From Moniliella sp. 'wahieum' (lineage: Eukaryota), in contig RSEE01000065.1 of the NCBI GenBank assembly GCA_003971905.1, positions 186,001 to 250,000 of the forward strand: a stretch of 64,000 nt of DNA. Reading direction: 5' to 3'. The translations under genes were made by a program, and so were the position numbers. The notes under the pieces were generated by a model. The model saw nothing but the letters and a program-made list of their open reading frames with translations. It was not told the DNA's origin and searched no databases. This document shows positions 51,622 through 64,000 of this stretch, in pieces (within the stretch, counting starts at the first letter, position 1; each line of letters begins with the position of its first letter).

Positions 51622-53886
51622 CCGTGACTTCGACCTGGTCAAGACTGGGCTGTGGTGGATTAATTCAATATTCTAATTCCTCGCGCGAGCTACTGCCTGC
51701 TACTGCCTTGTACCGGCCATTACAGACTTAATCGTTGGACAGAATGCGCCTGTTCACCCAACCGACTTGGGTGTGGGCTTGGAAGGCAGGCTGGGGCTCC
51801 GCTCGCATCGGCAATCGTTCCCGGGAGAGCATCTGCTTTCGCTCTTGAAGCTTGATGTTGCTTCCTCTTCGGTTGTTTTCGCTGCGCGGGTTGGTGGGAC
51901 CTTAGGCCTCAAGCTAGCTCGACTCGATCCTGTCGCAGAACACAACCGCGCTTCCTCCTGCCGAGGGCGGAATGAAACCTGGCGGGAAGCAGGTTTCCGC
52001 CACGGCGCTTTTCGCTACCCCTGCTCGCCCTTCTCCCCACCTCTCAGGGCAGCGGCGCACAGCTGCGCTGTTTCGGCCCACGGCTCATATCATCAACAAG
52101 CGCCAAGCTTCAAGCTAGCTCCCCATTCCCAACAGCCACATGTGCTGCGTACCTCTACCTCGCCCCCTCGCCCGACCATAGCTTATAAGTCTTTGGCATG
52201 CTCACCAGAATCCCGTCCAACAGAAAGACGGAGAGATGCCGCCTCAGCGTATATATCCACAGGCGACAGACAGGTGTGTGTCCCGGCAGCAAAGGTCAAG
52301 GAAGCCCACCTGTTCCTCGTTCCTCTGTAGTAGCTGCCGCAAGTCGTCCACTAGGGGCTTTCCTTGTGTTGCGGTTTGTACAGTATGTATATTTGCTGCC
52401 GCAACTGTGCTTGCTTGTCTGGCAACAAAGCAGTTCAATTTGGGACTATAGCCCGCTCCCTCTTCCATTTGGGCACCTTATAGAAACGGATGGTGTTCCA
52501 TTGAGTTGGGTCATGGGCCATGTTATGTACCCTCGTACAGCAGACACGAGTCATTCGCGGTCATGGCGCTACCCAATTCGTTGTGTGCCTCTCTAGTTGA
52601 GTCGTAGGAGGCAGGTCTTGGCAGAGATGGTGCTTGAGAGGTGGGACTGTTGCGAGCGCCCCACCCTATTGGGCAAACTTCTGCTGATGGTGCAGGTATC
52701 CATGTGGGATAGTAGGTGCTACCATTGAAAGTGCCTCTCATAGACCCACACTGCAGTGAAACCTGTTTGCTCACAAACGCTTCGCCGAGAGAGACTAAGT
52801 TCCTGCTGCTTTTATTCTAACCGTCTGATCGCCTCGTTTCTCCATCTCCAAATCATCCCGTACGCACCTGTTGGGTTGAGGACCAGATACGAATGGGCGG
52901 AGTCGGACGCAAGGCTATGGGCTGTGCGTGGTTAAAGAGAAGGCGGGGAGGAGAAGGGACGAGGAATGGGCGCGGGGCAATGAGTAGTACGGGTAGTCTG
53001 GTCAACTCCAAACAGAGAGCCACTCTTTGGGGAGATCTCCCTTCGAAATACACCCCAGTCCCCTGGTGAGATGAGATGACTGATCAAAAAGTGCTACTTG
53101 TGTGTGTGCGTGTGTGAGAGTCCACTCCCGATCCCATCGAAACACAGCCGGCCAACATCAACTCAGATACACACCCCCGCATTTTCCTTTCTTTCCCAGG
53201 CTTCCGCCTGGACACACCACAGCGAGATGGTGGCATCCGTAACCCGCATGGTTGCCAACGGAGCCGTCAATGAGGCCTGAAGAGGGGCAGCTCGACGATA
53301 AAGTGCGAATGATGCCTTCACCATCAGGCGTGGTCACCGGTCACGCGGGCACGCGGTCACGCGTCCGGTACAAGCCTAGTGCCACGTGTCGGTGCAAAAC
53401 CGGTGTATCCGAACCCCCCGCCGGCGAGGGACCTGTTTTCAAACCCGCAGCCGAGTCGGAACATTCATTTGGAACGCACACACTTGCTATAGCCCCTCGG
53501 TCATTACCGGCCATAGTCCGTGCGCTGGTACGGATCGACCCGTAAGCGCAACCATGCTCACGCGCTCACGTTCGATTCAGGCCGTTCTTCAAGCTTCATG
53601 AAGCGTCAGCGTCAGGTCTCAAGGCACAGCTCAGGCTGCTCAGTCTGAGCTTGAGGGCTCCTGCCCCATCGCGGGCTCAGGGCCTCAACGGTTCAACGCT
53701 GGCTACGCTGAGGCGCTGAGGCCCGTGCTTGCGGGGTCACCCAGTCGCCGGTCACGTCATGCCTTTTGCTGGTGCAATCGCCGACGCTGACAGATGTGCT
53801 GGGTATTTAAAATTCTGCCCTCAGCCCCACCACTCATCCGCAGCTTCATCGTTCCTCTTTTCTCTCTTCCACCTCCAACGTTTCAA

Positions 53887-54733
53887 ATGTCCTCTCACCA
53901 TCCTCATCTTGGCGGGCACGGCAAAGTGGCCCAACACCTTACCCGGCATGCGCTTGCTGCTGGCCACACGGTCTACTCGGTGCTGCGGCAAGAGGCGCAT
54001 TTCAACGATCTGCCCAAGCCCGAGGGGGCAGGCAAGGTGGTTCCGGTGCTGGAAAGCATTGAAACGGCGAGTGTATCGTCGCTGAGTGCGCTGTTGCAAA
54101 AGCACAAGCCTAATGTGGTCGTCTGGTCCGCTGGGGCCGGCGGTAAAGGCGGTCCGGAACGGACGAGGGCGGTGGACTTTGAAGGAGCCAAGAAGGTGTT
54201 TGATGCGCTGGAAGCTAGTGGTTTGCCTACCTCGTCCACCTTCGCCGCTTCATCATGGTCTCGGCCATTGACACGCGCGACCTCTCTCGTCCCCCGCCCT
54301 CGTGGTACACCAAGGAGGACATTGCCAGCAGCCAAGCAGGCCATGGCGCCATTCCGTTTTACTATGAAATGAAGTTGGCTGCCGACCAAGACTTGGTCAA
54401 GCGCACAGCGTTTCCCTGGTTCATCTCCGCCCTTCGCTCCTCAAGGATGGGCCGGAACAGGCAAGGTCAGCCTGGCGCCCATACTGCCATCGGCACTCCG
54501 GTACGTATTCTCCTGCGTTGGCATTGCTAGGATGTACCCCTACTGACCTGTCCCCTTACCCTCCCTCTCCATTCCAGGTCTTCCGTGATGATGTGGGCCG
54601 TGTGCTGTTGGGCATCGCCGAGGAGCCCAAAGGCCACTTCGATGGTTGCCCTCGACCTGACCAATGGCGAGGTTCCGATTCCCCAAGCGCTTAGCGAGGC
54701 GCTCGCGCGCGGACGGACGACTTTGAGCCCTAG
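53887..54733 (+). CDS. NAD(P)-binding Rossmann-fold protein (YMR090W-like)
   Basis: 'ILGGHGKVA', 'VVWSAGAGGKGGPERTRAVDFEGA', 'MVSAID', 'YEMKLAADQDL', 'LDLTNGEVPI'. One intron at ~54501-54577. TATTTAAA at ~53803. Confidence 0.85.
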
Positions 54734-57420
54734 ACTGGGCCGGTTTGACTGTACGACGCACCTGCCCTGCATTCTGCGATGCGCGAACTGCAGAAAGAAT
54801 CTTGTCTTTGTCAACCCAACTCAACCCAACCAAAACAAAACAAAACATGGCATGAGATTGGACTTTGGTCTCTTCTTCTTTCTGGCTTGGAGCCCAAGGT
54901 GGCGCTACGGGCCCCATGGAGGATGGACGAGAGATGCTGGTGCATGGGGACGGGTCTTCTTTTAGTTTCTCTGTAACTGCCAGTGTGTCCATCTTGATCA
55001 CCGAGAGGCAATGGAGTCGGTCACGAGAAAGAACACCTGATGCGTGTTCTGAGCCCGTGTTCTCGAAGCGGGGGGCTTTGAGACGTTGATGGCTTGAAGG
55101 CCTAAATGAACGATGGTAGCTACCATGGTCAGATTGTTGTAGGGCTCTGCTAATGCGGATGAGATGTCCCTTCTGTCCCAACGGGCGGGGGGGGGGTGAA
55201 GGTACGAGATGCGCAGAGGGCCATCCTGGTCTCGTTTGCTCATCTGTGGCTGCCAAGCAGATGAAGGCACAGCCAGAAGGTTGGGGGGGTAATAGATACA
55301 CTGCAAAGCGAACGCAGCAATTGCCGGGGGCAGTCGGAGCTGAGGGCCGCCGCCAATTCCAACTTAGTAGCCGAAATCCGACAGTTGGGCGGAGTCCGAA
55401 GGACAAAAATTCCCTCTCTTATGTTGCTGATGCAGGGCCACATATACACCGCTTTTGGCTTTTGGAAGACAACCTGTGTGCACTGATACTATGGATGCTG
55501 GATGCAATCCCATATCCCGTCTCTCAGCATACCGGCGCTCGCTTGCGGCCTTTCATGCGCGTCCGGAAAACGGGTGGAAGAGGGAGAAGTGGAACGGACG
55601 CGGAAGAGGGTGGGATTGTGACATCATTGATGTGCCGCCGCAGCTGCCGTTTCGGAATGAATCTTGAGTGTCCTAATGCCTAAGGCCTCTCATAAAGGCA
55701 GCCTGCAGTGAGGCATGGATTGCATCTTGGGCCGAGGGCCTGGCCCCTCGTCTGAGTCACACGCGTACAGGTTAATGGTGGCTCGCTCCAAGAAGCATAT
55801 GTTGATCGTGCGCGCCGGCTTGTTTGCAGTCAACCGGGCGCTGCGTGGTTGCGCACGTCCAAAAAGGTGTCTCTCTCTTGTCGGGGGGGGCGAGGGAGGC
55901 GGATCAGCGGTGACCCTGATCCATCAGTGTCAGCACAGGTCAGCACGCACAGCCTCAGGATTATGCTGTCTGTCTGTCGTTCCTGTGCGTGAGGAAGCTG
56001 GGTGGTGTCGAGAAAACATGGCAGACCTCAGGCGATGTGGTGAGTGAAGCTCCCTATATGACGCTGCTGCGAGTTGGTTTGGATTCCCAGGCGGCTGAGT
56101 ACTGATGAAGCAGAGAAAGGAGACAGAGGGGTACACATGCAGCACAGGGGGGAGGCTGCGCTGAGCGAGGCGCAATGGGCAGTGGAGGGGCAAGGGCGCG
56201 TTGGCCTTCTCCTTTTGCATGCAAGGGCAATGCAGGGGGAGGGCGGTATGCGGAGGGTGAGGTAAGCGTGTGAGAGTGTGCGGGAGGACAAGGCAGAGCG
56301 AGGCGAACGGAGGCTGCAGGAGCTGCGGCGCGCTGTCGCCTGTCGCGTGATGCAGTGAGGCCGAGCTTGGAGCCGAGGGTGGAGGCCTAAGGCTCAGGCT
56401 GAGCACTCGTGTGGGGGGCGTGGCAGGTGGCATGCATGCCAAGCGGACCCCCGCGCGTGGCCAGACTGGGTGGCGCAGCGCCGGAGGAGGCGTGGCATGT
56501 GCTCCAACGGCATTTGGTATTTGCGACGCATCTGCCGCGATGACGTCAAGGGCGCCATGACGTGCATGACGTAGCCCGGCACCCAGGCCAGGCCAAGCCG
56601 GGTGGCTTTTGGGGTCCAACGTCCAACGTCCAACGTCCATCGACCATCTGGCTCCATGCGGGTGGGGTGACCGGTGAGTGCGCAGCCCGGTGAGCCACCG
56701 CTCAGCGCTATTGATATTGACGCGTGACGCGTGACGATTGTGCGTAGTGGCGCGCGGGGAAGGCAGGGCGGGGCGGCAGTGTGCCCCTGGCGGAGGCACC
56801 GGATGGCATGCATGCATGCGCTGGGCCCGGCACTGGCTCCGCAGCACGTGGGGGGCGCGGGCTGATGCATGATGGGTGAGGGACTCCGAGTAATTGATTG
56901 GGGAGCGTGGGGTGAGGGTGATGCGGACGGGGCCAGTGGGAGGGCGGGGGCTGCTGGGGATGCATGTGGGGGATGCGCGGGATGATCGGCTGGGTGGTGC
57001 GGTGTCTTGCAGGCTGTGGACAGCAGCGCAGGCGTGCTGCGTCCCTCTCCACGCGGGCGGCGACAGCCGGACACGCAGCGCTGCGGAGCGCCGGGGATAG
57101 CGCAGACCAGGATCACAGCAGGCGATGGGACATGCCGGCAGCTAGGCAGTGTGCCGCCGGTCGCTCGCTTGCGTCACGCACTGCACCACAAGGCGCTGGC
57201 AAGCACACGCACAACACGCCCCCCTCAGGCCTCACTCGACCCGTCCTGTGCCCGTAGCCACTCGCCATCCCCCCGTCGCTCTCAGCCCCCATCCCCCTTA
57301 TTACTCCGCCTGTCGCCCCCATCCTGCCCTCGCCACCTGCTCCCACGTGCTCGGCGCCCCCCGCCTCGGCTTTCGCTTCTGCTGCGCCACACCACACCAC
57401 CACCACCATCCGTCGCCACA

Positions 57421-58808
57421 ATGGCCTGCGCCAGCCGCCCCCATCCCCAGTAAAAACCCTCCCACTGCTGCCCTTCCCTGCTTCTCCCCCCCCCCCCCAT
57501 GCCCAGCCACAACGCAGCCGCCGAACGCGACTCCTGGCGCTCCCTCCTCCCCGACGGAGACCCGTTGTTGGCCCGCCCCCACAGCTCCACTCCCTCTTCG
57601 CTCCTCCGCCTCCAGCGCCACCTCCGCTCAAAGGCTGCCTCCTCTGCCTGCCCTGCCGCCCCCTGCACCCCTCGCCATGCCTTGCCCGCCCTCGATCCCG
57701 ACCCTGCTGCCTCGCTTCCGCCCCAGCCGCTGCTGCCGCCTGCCCAGTCCCAGCCCACCTCCTCGGCATCAGAGTCCGTCACAAGCAGCGCCAGCCATTC
57801 GCTTGCATATACCGAGCGCAGGCTCTCGTCCCAGTCGCAGTTCAGCGCACGCACCCAGCTCAGCGCCCGCTCCCAAGCCAGTGCTGCCAGCGCCTTCTCC
57901 TCCGACTCACTCTTCCCCGTTGCCCCCATCATGGAGAGCCCTGCCGCGGTAGACCTCGACTCGGAGCACGAGCCCGACCGTGTTTCCTGCTGCTCTGCCT
58001 CACCCCCTCTGGCTCAGCGAAAAGCGCGTGCTGTCGCGCCTTTATCCCTACCGAGCGAGGCAGCACCGGGCCGCAGCATGGACGCCGAAAGTAGCACCGC
58101 CCCATACCCCCCTCAAGCCTCGCCTCTCCCCGCCCGGCCAAGCAGTACCCGCAGTTGGAATGGCCAGGAAGGCCAGCCTGCCTATGTCATCCGTCACTCG
58201 CCTATGACCACCACGCCGTTTTTAGAGAAGCGCCCCGCCCCGCCTGAAACAAGGCTGGATGTGGAGACTCATGCCAAAGGGTATACCATCCGGCTCAACC
58301 TGCCTGGGTTCACCATGGACGGTATCTCGCTTTCGGTCAAGCGTACGTATGCCTTCCGTGTTTTGTGGTAGAGGAGTGGTAGCTCATATTCTCTTTGCTT
58401 TCCTCACGTTCTCTTCTTCCCGTTGCCGCACTTGTTCCAGACCATCGCACCATCCACATTGTCGCCGACAAGTGGGACGATGAGACGGGGGGACACTTTG
58501 AGCCCAGCGTCGTATTTGGCCCCGACGCGGATTTGCACAATGTGCGTGCTCAGTTTGACGGTACTCTGTTGGTAATCGATGTGCCGCTCAAGTTACAACG
58601 CCCGTCCTCGATGGGAGGCAGACGGTCCAGTACCCTGACTACCCGCTCCGAGCCAGGCGGCCGCTCACGCGTAACCCAGTCCCGGGCGCTCCCCCGAGCG
58701 CAACCAGCGGCGGCTCCGTGGCGTTCGAGTCCTGTGGCTGGATTGCCTCCGTCGACGGAGGAGGATAAGGGCAATAAGTCTGGCGGTAGCGATTCCCCAA
58801 CTCCCTAG
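57421..58808 (+). CDS. HSP20/alpha-crystallin-like domain protein with a long Ser/Pro-rich N-terminus
   Basis: 'YTIRLNLPGFTMDGISLSVK' | intron ~58343-58440 | 'TIHIVADKWD...GGHFE.SVVFGPDADLHNVRAQFDGTLLVIDVP'. Start at 57421 or 57499. Confidence 0.7.
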
Positions 58809-60460
58809 CGGTCGAACGACACGTTTTTTCCTCGTCCCCTCTCGTTTTCGTCCACAACTTGTTTTCCTGCACCTCTTGTGCACCCCCACTGATCCTACTC
58901 GGAATCGCCTTGGATGAACTCATCTTTGACGGTTGAACCCCGATGGAAGCAGAGGCCCACCCCCGCTGGGCCCTTGCCGTACCCTACCCAGACCGGTTTG
59001 CCAACGCTCCATCCAGCTTCATGGTAGCACGTGCACCTGCCTTTCACATACCTCGCACCCGATACCACATGTCCCTCACATATAAACACAAACTCCCACT
59101 TTGCTTTCGCTCGTTGTCTCGATTCCCATCCCATTCTGTTCATCCTCCCTCTCTCTTTTCCTCTCCATTTCCCTCTGCCGCACCCTCCCCCTATCACTGC
59201 CTATTTTGCCAGGCCTCATCTCATCCTCCGTCCCTTCTTTCCTCCCTAGATCCACCGGACCCGCCCCGACCCGTCTTGCTCGCACCCCCTCTCCCCGTCA
59301 TCTGCTGGCCCAATAGTCCATGTGTGCCGTTGGACCCCCTATCAGTCTCTCTCACCACCATGGGCTGCGCGGGCTTGGAATATCGAGTCTCTTGACGAAC
59401 CAGACCCCGATCCAGACCCCGATCCAGATCCAGATCCATAACCATACTTCTACGTGTCTACGTCAGCCCCCCCTCCCCCCCTACATCCCTTTTCACTTTC
59501 CTATCGCTGCTGCTGCCCTTCCATCCTGTTCTGTTCCGATCCACCTCGCTTCTGTCGCGCGCCTCTCGCTCTCGCTCTTGTTCCCCCCCAAAAAGAATCG
59601 CCCCAGTCGCGCAACCTATTCTTGCACTAGCACGCTCTTCTCGTTTCGACGTTTGGGTTTCGCGATCCGACAGAGTGGCAGCGGCTGCGCATGCTAGCGT
59701 TGCACCCGCTTGGGGACCTGCGGCGCGGGGTGGCGGGTCGTAGGGGCAAATGCCCTACGGCAGGGTGTGGAGTGTGGGTTGTGCGTTATGCACTGTCACA
59801 TTCACGCTTCAAGCTTCAAGCTTCCCCGCTTCGATCAATATGGCGCGTGAAGCTAGTATCGTGAAAGGCTCAGGCTGAGCGCTCAAGTGCCCGAAACAGC
59901 CCGGTTTCCGTGCCTTGGCAGACCCCTAGGGATGTGTGGATAAATGGAATGCAGGAGGCGGACGTGGTCCGGTCTGTGGGCGCTTGGTGGGCGTTCCGAG
60001 TTGGGCGGTTGTAGCGCGCGGTCCCGTACGGTCCGGCTCAGCTTTCCTCCTCCCTCCCGATCTGTATGCGTTCTGGGCACCGGTGCCAAGGCACGCGTGA
60101 CGTTTGTTTCACGGTACGCCCGATGGGCAGGGCGGGGTCTCGGGCTAGGAATAAGCAAAAGGGGAACAGCGGCTCATGCGCATATCGGTATCCAGGATGT
60201 TCCTGTCGCTGGGCAAATAACAGTGGTGGGAAGGGGGGCTGCGGCGCTGAGGGCCAATTCAAAAAGAAGGCGACTGGCTTGGGAGCTGTGGGAATGTGGA
60301 ACCCGAGAACGGCGCAAAGGAGTAATTATAGTAACTAGTAACCGGTAACCGCGGTAGTATAGGCACATGGGCTCCCTCCCAACACACAATCTCAATCTCC
60401 GTCCTTCTCTTGGTCGCGCTGTAGCACTGGCAGGCGTAATGGCCACATCACACGGTGGAC

Positions 60461-60519
60461 GGGCGGTGGACGAACAAAGCCAATAAGCAGGGCGGTGGAC
60501 GAACAGAAGCCAATAAGCA
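60461..60519. repeat. 29-30 nt direct repeat (x2) containing CCAAT
   Basis: GGGCGGTGGACGAACA(G)AAGCCAATAAGCA repeated in tandem. Confidence 0.85.
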
Positions 60520-61063
60520 GGGCCGTGCACACGGGCGCAGTCCCTCTGCGGTGGTTCGTGCGGGCGCGTCCCCCCTTTTTTAATTGCGGTCCCTGTTTTT
60601 TCCCTCGGACGCCCCGTCGGTCCATTGGCTGCTCGACCTTCAAGCCTCGTCCCACATCAAAAAGGAGTCCACGGACCGCGCTCCGCGCTGTGCCTCGCAC
60701 TCCGCACGACGCGGCGTGCACGGGGGGGGGGGGGGTTCCTCCTGTCCCCCACGTGCCCTACTGCGCTGGCCAACGTGGCTAGCGGTCACCGTCCTCGCGC
60801 GGCGCAGCGTATACTAAGGGTACAAGGTACCACCCCAACAATCAGCAGGTTCGCACCCTCCGCCTCACCTAGCTCCTCTCACAACCGCGCCAGGGAGAGC
60901 GGAGCGAAGGAAAAAGAGAAGAAAGCACCGGAAGCTCATGATATACTCACTGCAACAACAGTGCCGGAAATGTGCATGATGCAAGAGTGCATGAGTGAAG
61001 AGAGATGCCTACTAGGAGAGAACAGCATTATGGTACCGTAGTGCATTAAATTAGACGCAGCAG

Positions 61064-61256
61064 TGTCAGACTCACGCCGTGCTAGGGGCCCTTGGCCCAC
61101 TAGGCCCGTATGGGCACTATGGCGTGATCTTATCAGTTGGGAGATCCTGTGTCCACCTCTCGACTGTCCCCTTCCTGCGGAGGTACATATACCTCCTGTG
61201 CGTCCATAGATGTATGCAATCCATCTGCACCCTTTCCCCATCTCCGTCTCCTGACA
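61064..61256. mobile_element. Solo LTR, 193 bp, with a perfect 5-bp TSD
   Basis: TGTCAG...CTGACA inverted termini flanked on both sides by AGCAG (61059-61063 and 61257-61261). Confidence 0.85.
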
Positions 61257-61315
61257 AGCAGCACTACTCGCGATGTTATTCTGCAAACAAAGGAAACAGT
61301 GCTATTGTCGGAGTC

Positions 61316-61800
61316 TGTCACAGTCGGGGCTACGGCGAGGGAGAGTATGTTGGGACCCGCTGTCCCGTACGTAGGCCAAGGCGCTTTAACACCCTTTGCC
61401 CCTTATTATTTAACCTCTGAAGCCTCCATGTGTATACTCAGGTTGTTTGAACCCCTGTCTCCTCTAGGTGTGGCATAAGACTTAGACCTAACGGCCACCA
61501 CCGCGATTGCATTGCTCTACATTTCCAGAGGTTCATCACGCAACCCCTTGGGTCCCCCCGGTCTTACAGAGCCGAGTCGAGACTAAGTCGAGGGCTGAAT
61601 CAATCCCTCGTGGGCGAGAAGCATGAGCAGATGACGTAGTGCGAAGGGGAAGAACAGTAATGAAGGAGCGAGACGCCGCTCGGGACGAAGAAATTGGAAA
61701 TGGGAGCGAGATCAGCCAAACTATTATATGACCCCGCGCCAGGCACATCTTGCACACCGCATCGGGCCCTGGGTGGGGATATACACTGTGTGTGATCCAT
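61316..61800 (-). mobile_element. Solo LTR of the same family as 15728-16127, interrupted by a nested insertion
   Basis: 61316-61344 is the reverse complement of 16099-16127 with 1 mismatch. Similarity resumes at ~61570-61725. The 5' boundary is uncertain (~61800-61877). Confidence 0.75.
61348..61568. mobile_element. Nested solo LTR (221 bp) inside the preceding LTR
   Basis: TGTTGGGACC...GGTCTTACA termini. It accounts for the gap in the alignment to the 16 kb LTR. Flanks GAGTA/GAGCC form a degenerate TSD. Confidence 0.65.
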
Positions 61801-63793
61801 ATGCCCCTATGGCCGAAAAGTCTATTAGGACATAGAGGATCCTTAACTGCAGTAGAGGCTGATGATCATCGATCACAGATGGTCGCGCGTTTTAAAATTT
61901 ACCCCAAGCGCTTGGGTACACACCATCCATGTAACCCTAACCTCGCCTCCCCTGCATGGGGGCAGTAGCACATAACGCATGGCACCGACCACCTATAAAA
62001 CGCTATAGCAGACCAAATTGGTCCAAGGCCTAAGGCGAAACGCGGAACGGCAATGCATCGGCATCGCTCTTGGTGGACTAGTGCATTACATTGGTATGCA
62101 CCTTGGGCCTTCGCCCAGCCGGCCAGACGTACCAGATGAGAGTGCCACCACCACACCGTTTTTTGCTTATACTCTCCGAGAGTAGTGTCGTGTCATTATA
62201 TTTTGCTGTGTGCTTTTCGCAGATTGAGTGAGCAGGGAGGGGTACCACACCAAAAAAGAAAACATATTCACAGAAGCCACAAGCACGCTCATCGACATCC
62301 CTCGGTCAACTGACACACGTATGTGAACGATATGCATTACATTAGCATATGCAGTCGCGCCTCCCTCAGCCAAAACGGACACACATCTCGTGGGGTACGA
62401 TCCTTTGGAGAATGGAAGGACAACTCAAGGAAGGTTTGTGCTTGAGATGGTTAGTGGATCAGAGCAGAGCTACAGCAAAAACGATTGGCGTCTCGGTGTA
62501 TATGTAGCAGAGGAGGCTGCACGTGTGGCAAGGCTGCATATTCACCGTCGGCTTGGGCACAAGAACACAATGGGAGGAACGTTTCTGAAGCCTCTCCGGG
62601 ACTTAGACACGTGAAGAGGCAGCGAAGGACAAACACTGAGGGAGCTGGGACCGGGAAGAGACGATATTGGGCTGCTGGTAGAAGAGAAACCCAGACACAA
62701 CAACAAGACTGTTGGGACTGAGCTCGACGTGGCCAAAGGTGAACTCACCCGAGTTGACTGATGGAAAGCTGAGAACGGGAGGACGGATGACGACGAGATG
62801 GTAATCAAGTGGAGAAGATGTTGCCTGTATTGGACTAATTGGCTGGAAACCGACAGTAAGTGAACAGGAGAGGCAGAAGGGGACGGAGCTGGAACATGGG
62901 AAAAGACCCCTAACGGCTACCAACAGGGTTACAGAGGCGGATAGATATAAAAGGGCAATCACAGGCGCAAGGGGGATGTAGAAAGGAAAACATATAGAAA
63001 CGGTGGTTTGGTTGCCAAAGGCGTAACAGAGAAAGATAGAGGTAAGCGGGGACGCGGCGACAACTGTCGCAAGTAGGATACCACCGACTTATTGCTGGCC
63101 TCTCATTGCGGCCACCGCCTTCACCTTGAGCACGAGGTGACTATTGACGCATGGATGCGTGGCCACTCGGGCCACCGTACCAGCAACGGTCAAAAACTTG
63201 GTCGGACTTATTGAGAGCGTGATCCACTGGGTATATAGGTAGGGCAGGAAGGCGGCCTTAACTTGGATCCGACCATCTCAGATCCGACACGTCCTGTAAC
63301 ATGCTATTGCACCCTTCTCTCTTGTCACTTTTTGATGAAGCACACGTATAACCCCTCTTTTGTTGATGGTATGTGCCCCCGAAGGCCCTCCGCTGGGCTT
63401 ATTGTACAAGAAGCAATTCAGAGCCATTTCCCTTTTCGCTCTCGACCCCACCTCCGATGCCGTCTCTGGACTGCTTGCTGTGGTGCTGTGGCTTATCGCT
63501 GTGAAGACGTGGATGCGGGGCAGCAGCGGGGCGGCGGGGCGTCTTAGCTAAGCACGCCCGCCCCCCCGCCACCCAGGAGGCAAACATGCCAGCCAGCTGA
63601 ACGCGCGCCGGCGCGCTCCATTGTTCGGGCAGTCACATGTGATCTGCGTGTGACCCACCGTCACACGTCCTGTCGCCGGCACAGCGGCCTGCTGCTGCTG
63701 CGCTCCAGGCGGCCTTCGCTTCGGCGCCTCCCTCCACCTCCCCCCCCCTTCCCGCAGCAGCACCGCCGCCCCGCTGCCCCTCCCCTCGCCGCC

Positions 63794-64000
63794 ATGCCTG
63801 CGACGACGGCGTCGGCAGGCCAGCCCCCGCTGTCCACGCCAGATGCGGCGCCCCCCGCCCCCTTCTCTCCCGTCGAGACCACCAACTTCAACGCCGTCAA
63901 GGCCCTCGTCGCTGCCCATGGCCTCACACTCGATCCCTGCATGAGCGCCGAGCAGGCTGCCGCTGCCGGCGACCTGGGGCAAGGCACCCCCTATGTCATC
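63794..64000 (+). CDS. 5' part of an unidentified gene running out of the window
   Basis: GCCGCCATG start, open to the window end ('MPATTASAGQ...NFNAVKALVAAHGLTLDPC...'), with the C-ending codon bias seen in other genes here. Confidence 0.55.
   Translation, partial: MPATTASAGQPPLSTPDAAPPAPFSPVETTNFNAVKALVAAHGLTLDPCMSAEQAAAAGDLGQGTPYVI

Noticed and set aside
51760..53300. Possible ncRNA (snRNA/snoRNA/tRNA) in the long intergenic region
   Set aside because: No U1/U2/U5/U6 signature, tRNA arms or convincing C/D box pair found by eye. An Rfam/Infernal scan would be needed.
62710..62932. TGTTGGGAC...TTACA as another copy of the nested LTR
   Set aside because: Only the first 9 nt match; no internal similarity and no TSD.

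Overview
GC-rich, intron-poor fungal genomic DNA from a basidiomycete, shown by the spermidine synthase-saccharopine dehydrogenase fusion gene. Ustilaginomycotina is likely, but that is an inference. The window holds about 19 protein-coding genes, mostly housekeeping: SEC8, Spe-Sdh, a CWC23-like J-protein, a MAK32-like PfkB protein, C1-THF synthase, CreA/Mig1, a sterol-esterase-type lipase, an unknown membrane protein, EDE1, NOP1, MTF1, POL12, HGH1, ARL2, a MYST acetyltransferase, an NAD(P)-binding protein, an HSP20-like protein and a gene cut by the window end. Nearly every CDS, including essential ones, has small frameshifting indels, which points to an unpolished long-read consensus, so boundaries are approximate. 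Intergenic DNA contains a truncated Ty3/gypsy element (5' LTR plus gag), a cluster of solo and nested LTRs near 61 kb, and a candidate non-autonomous Helitron with a degraded relative. The most unusual signal is a recurrent non-coding 7-nt motif, TGA followed by a 4-nt palindrome. It occurs with at least 10 different palindromic cores, often in tandem, and clusters in promoter-side intergenic DNA.
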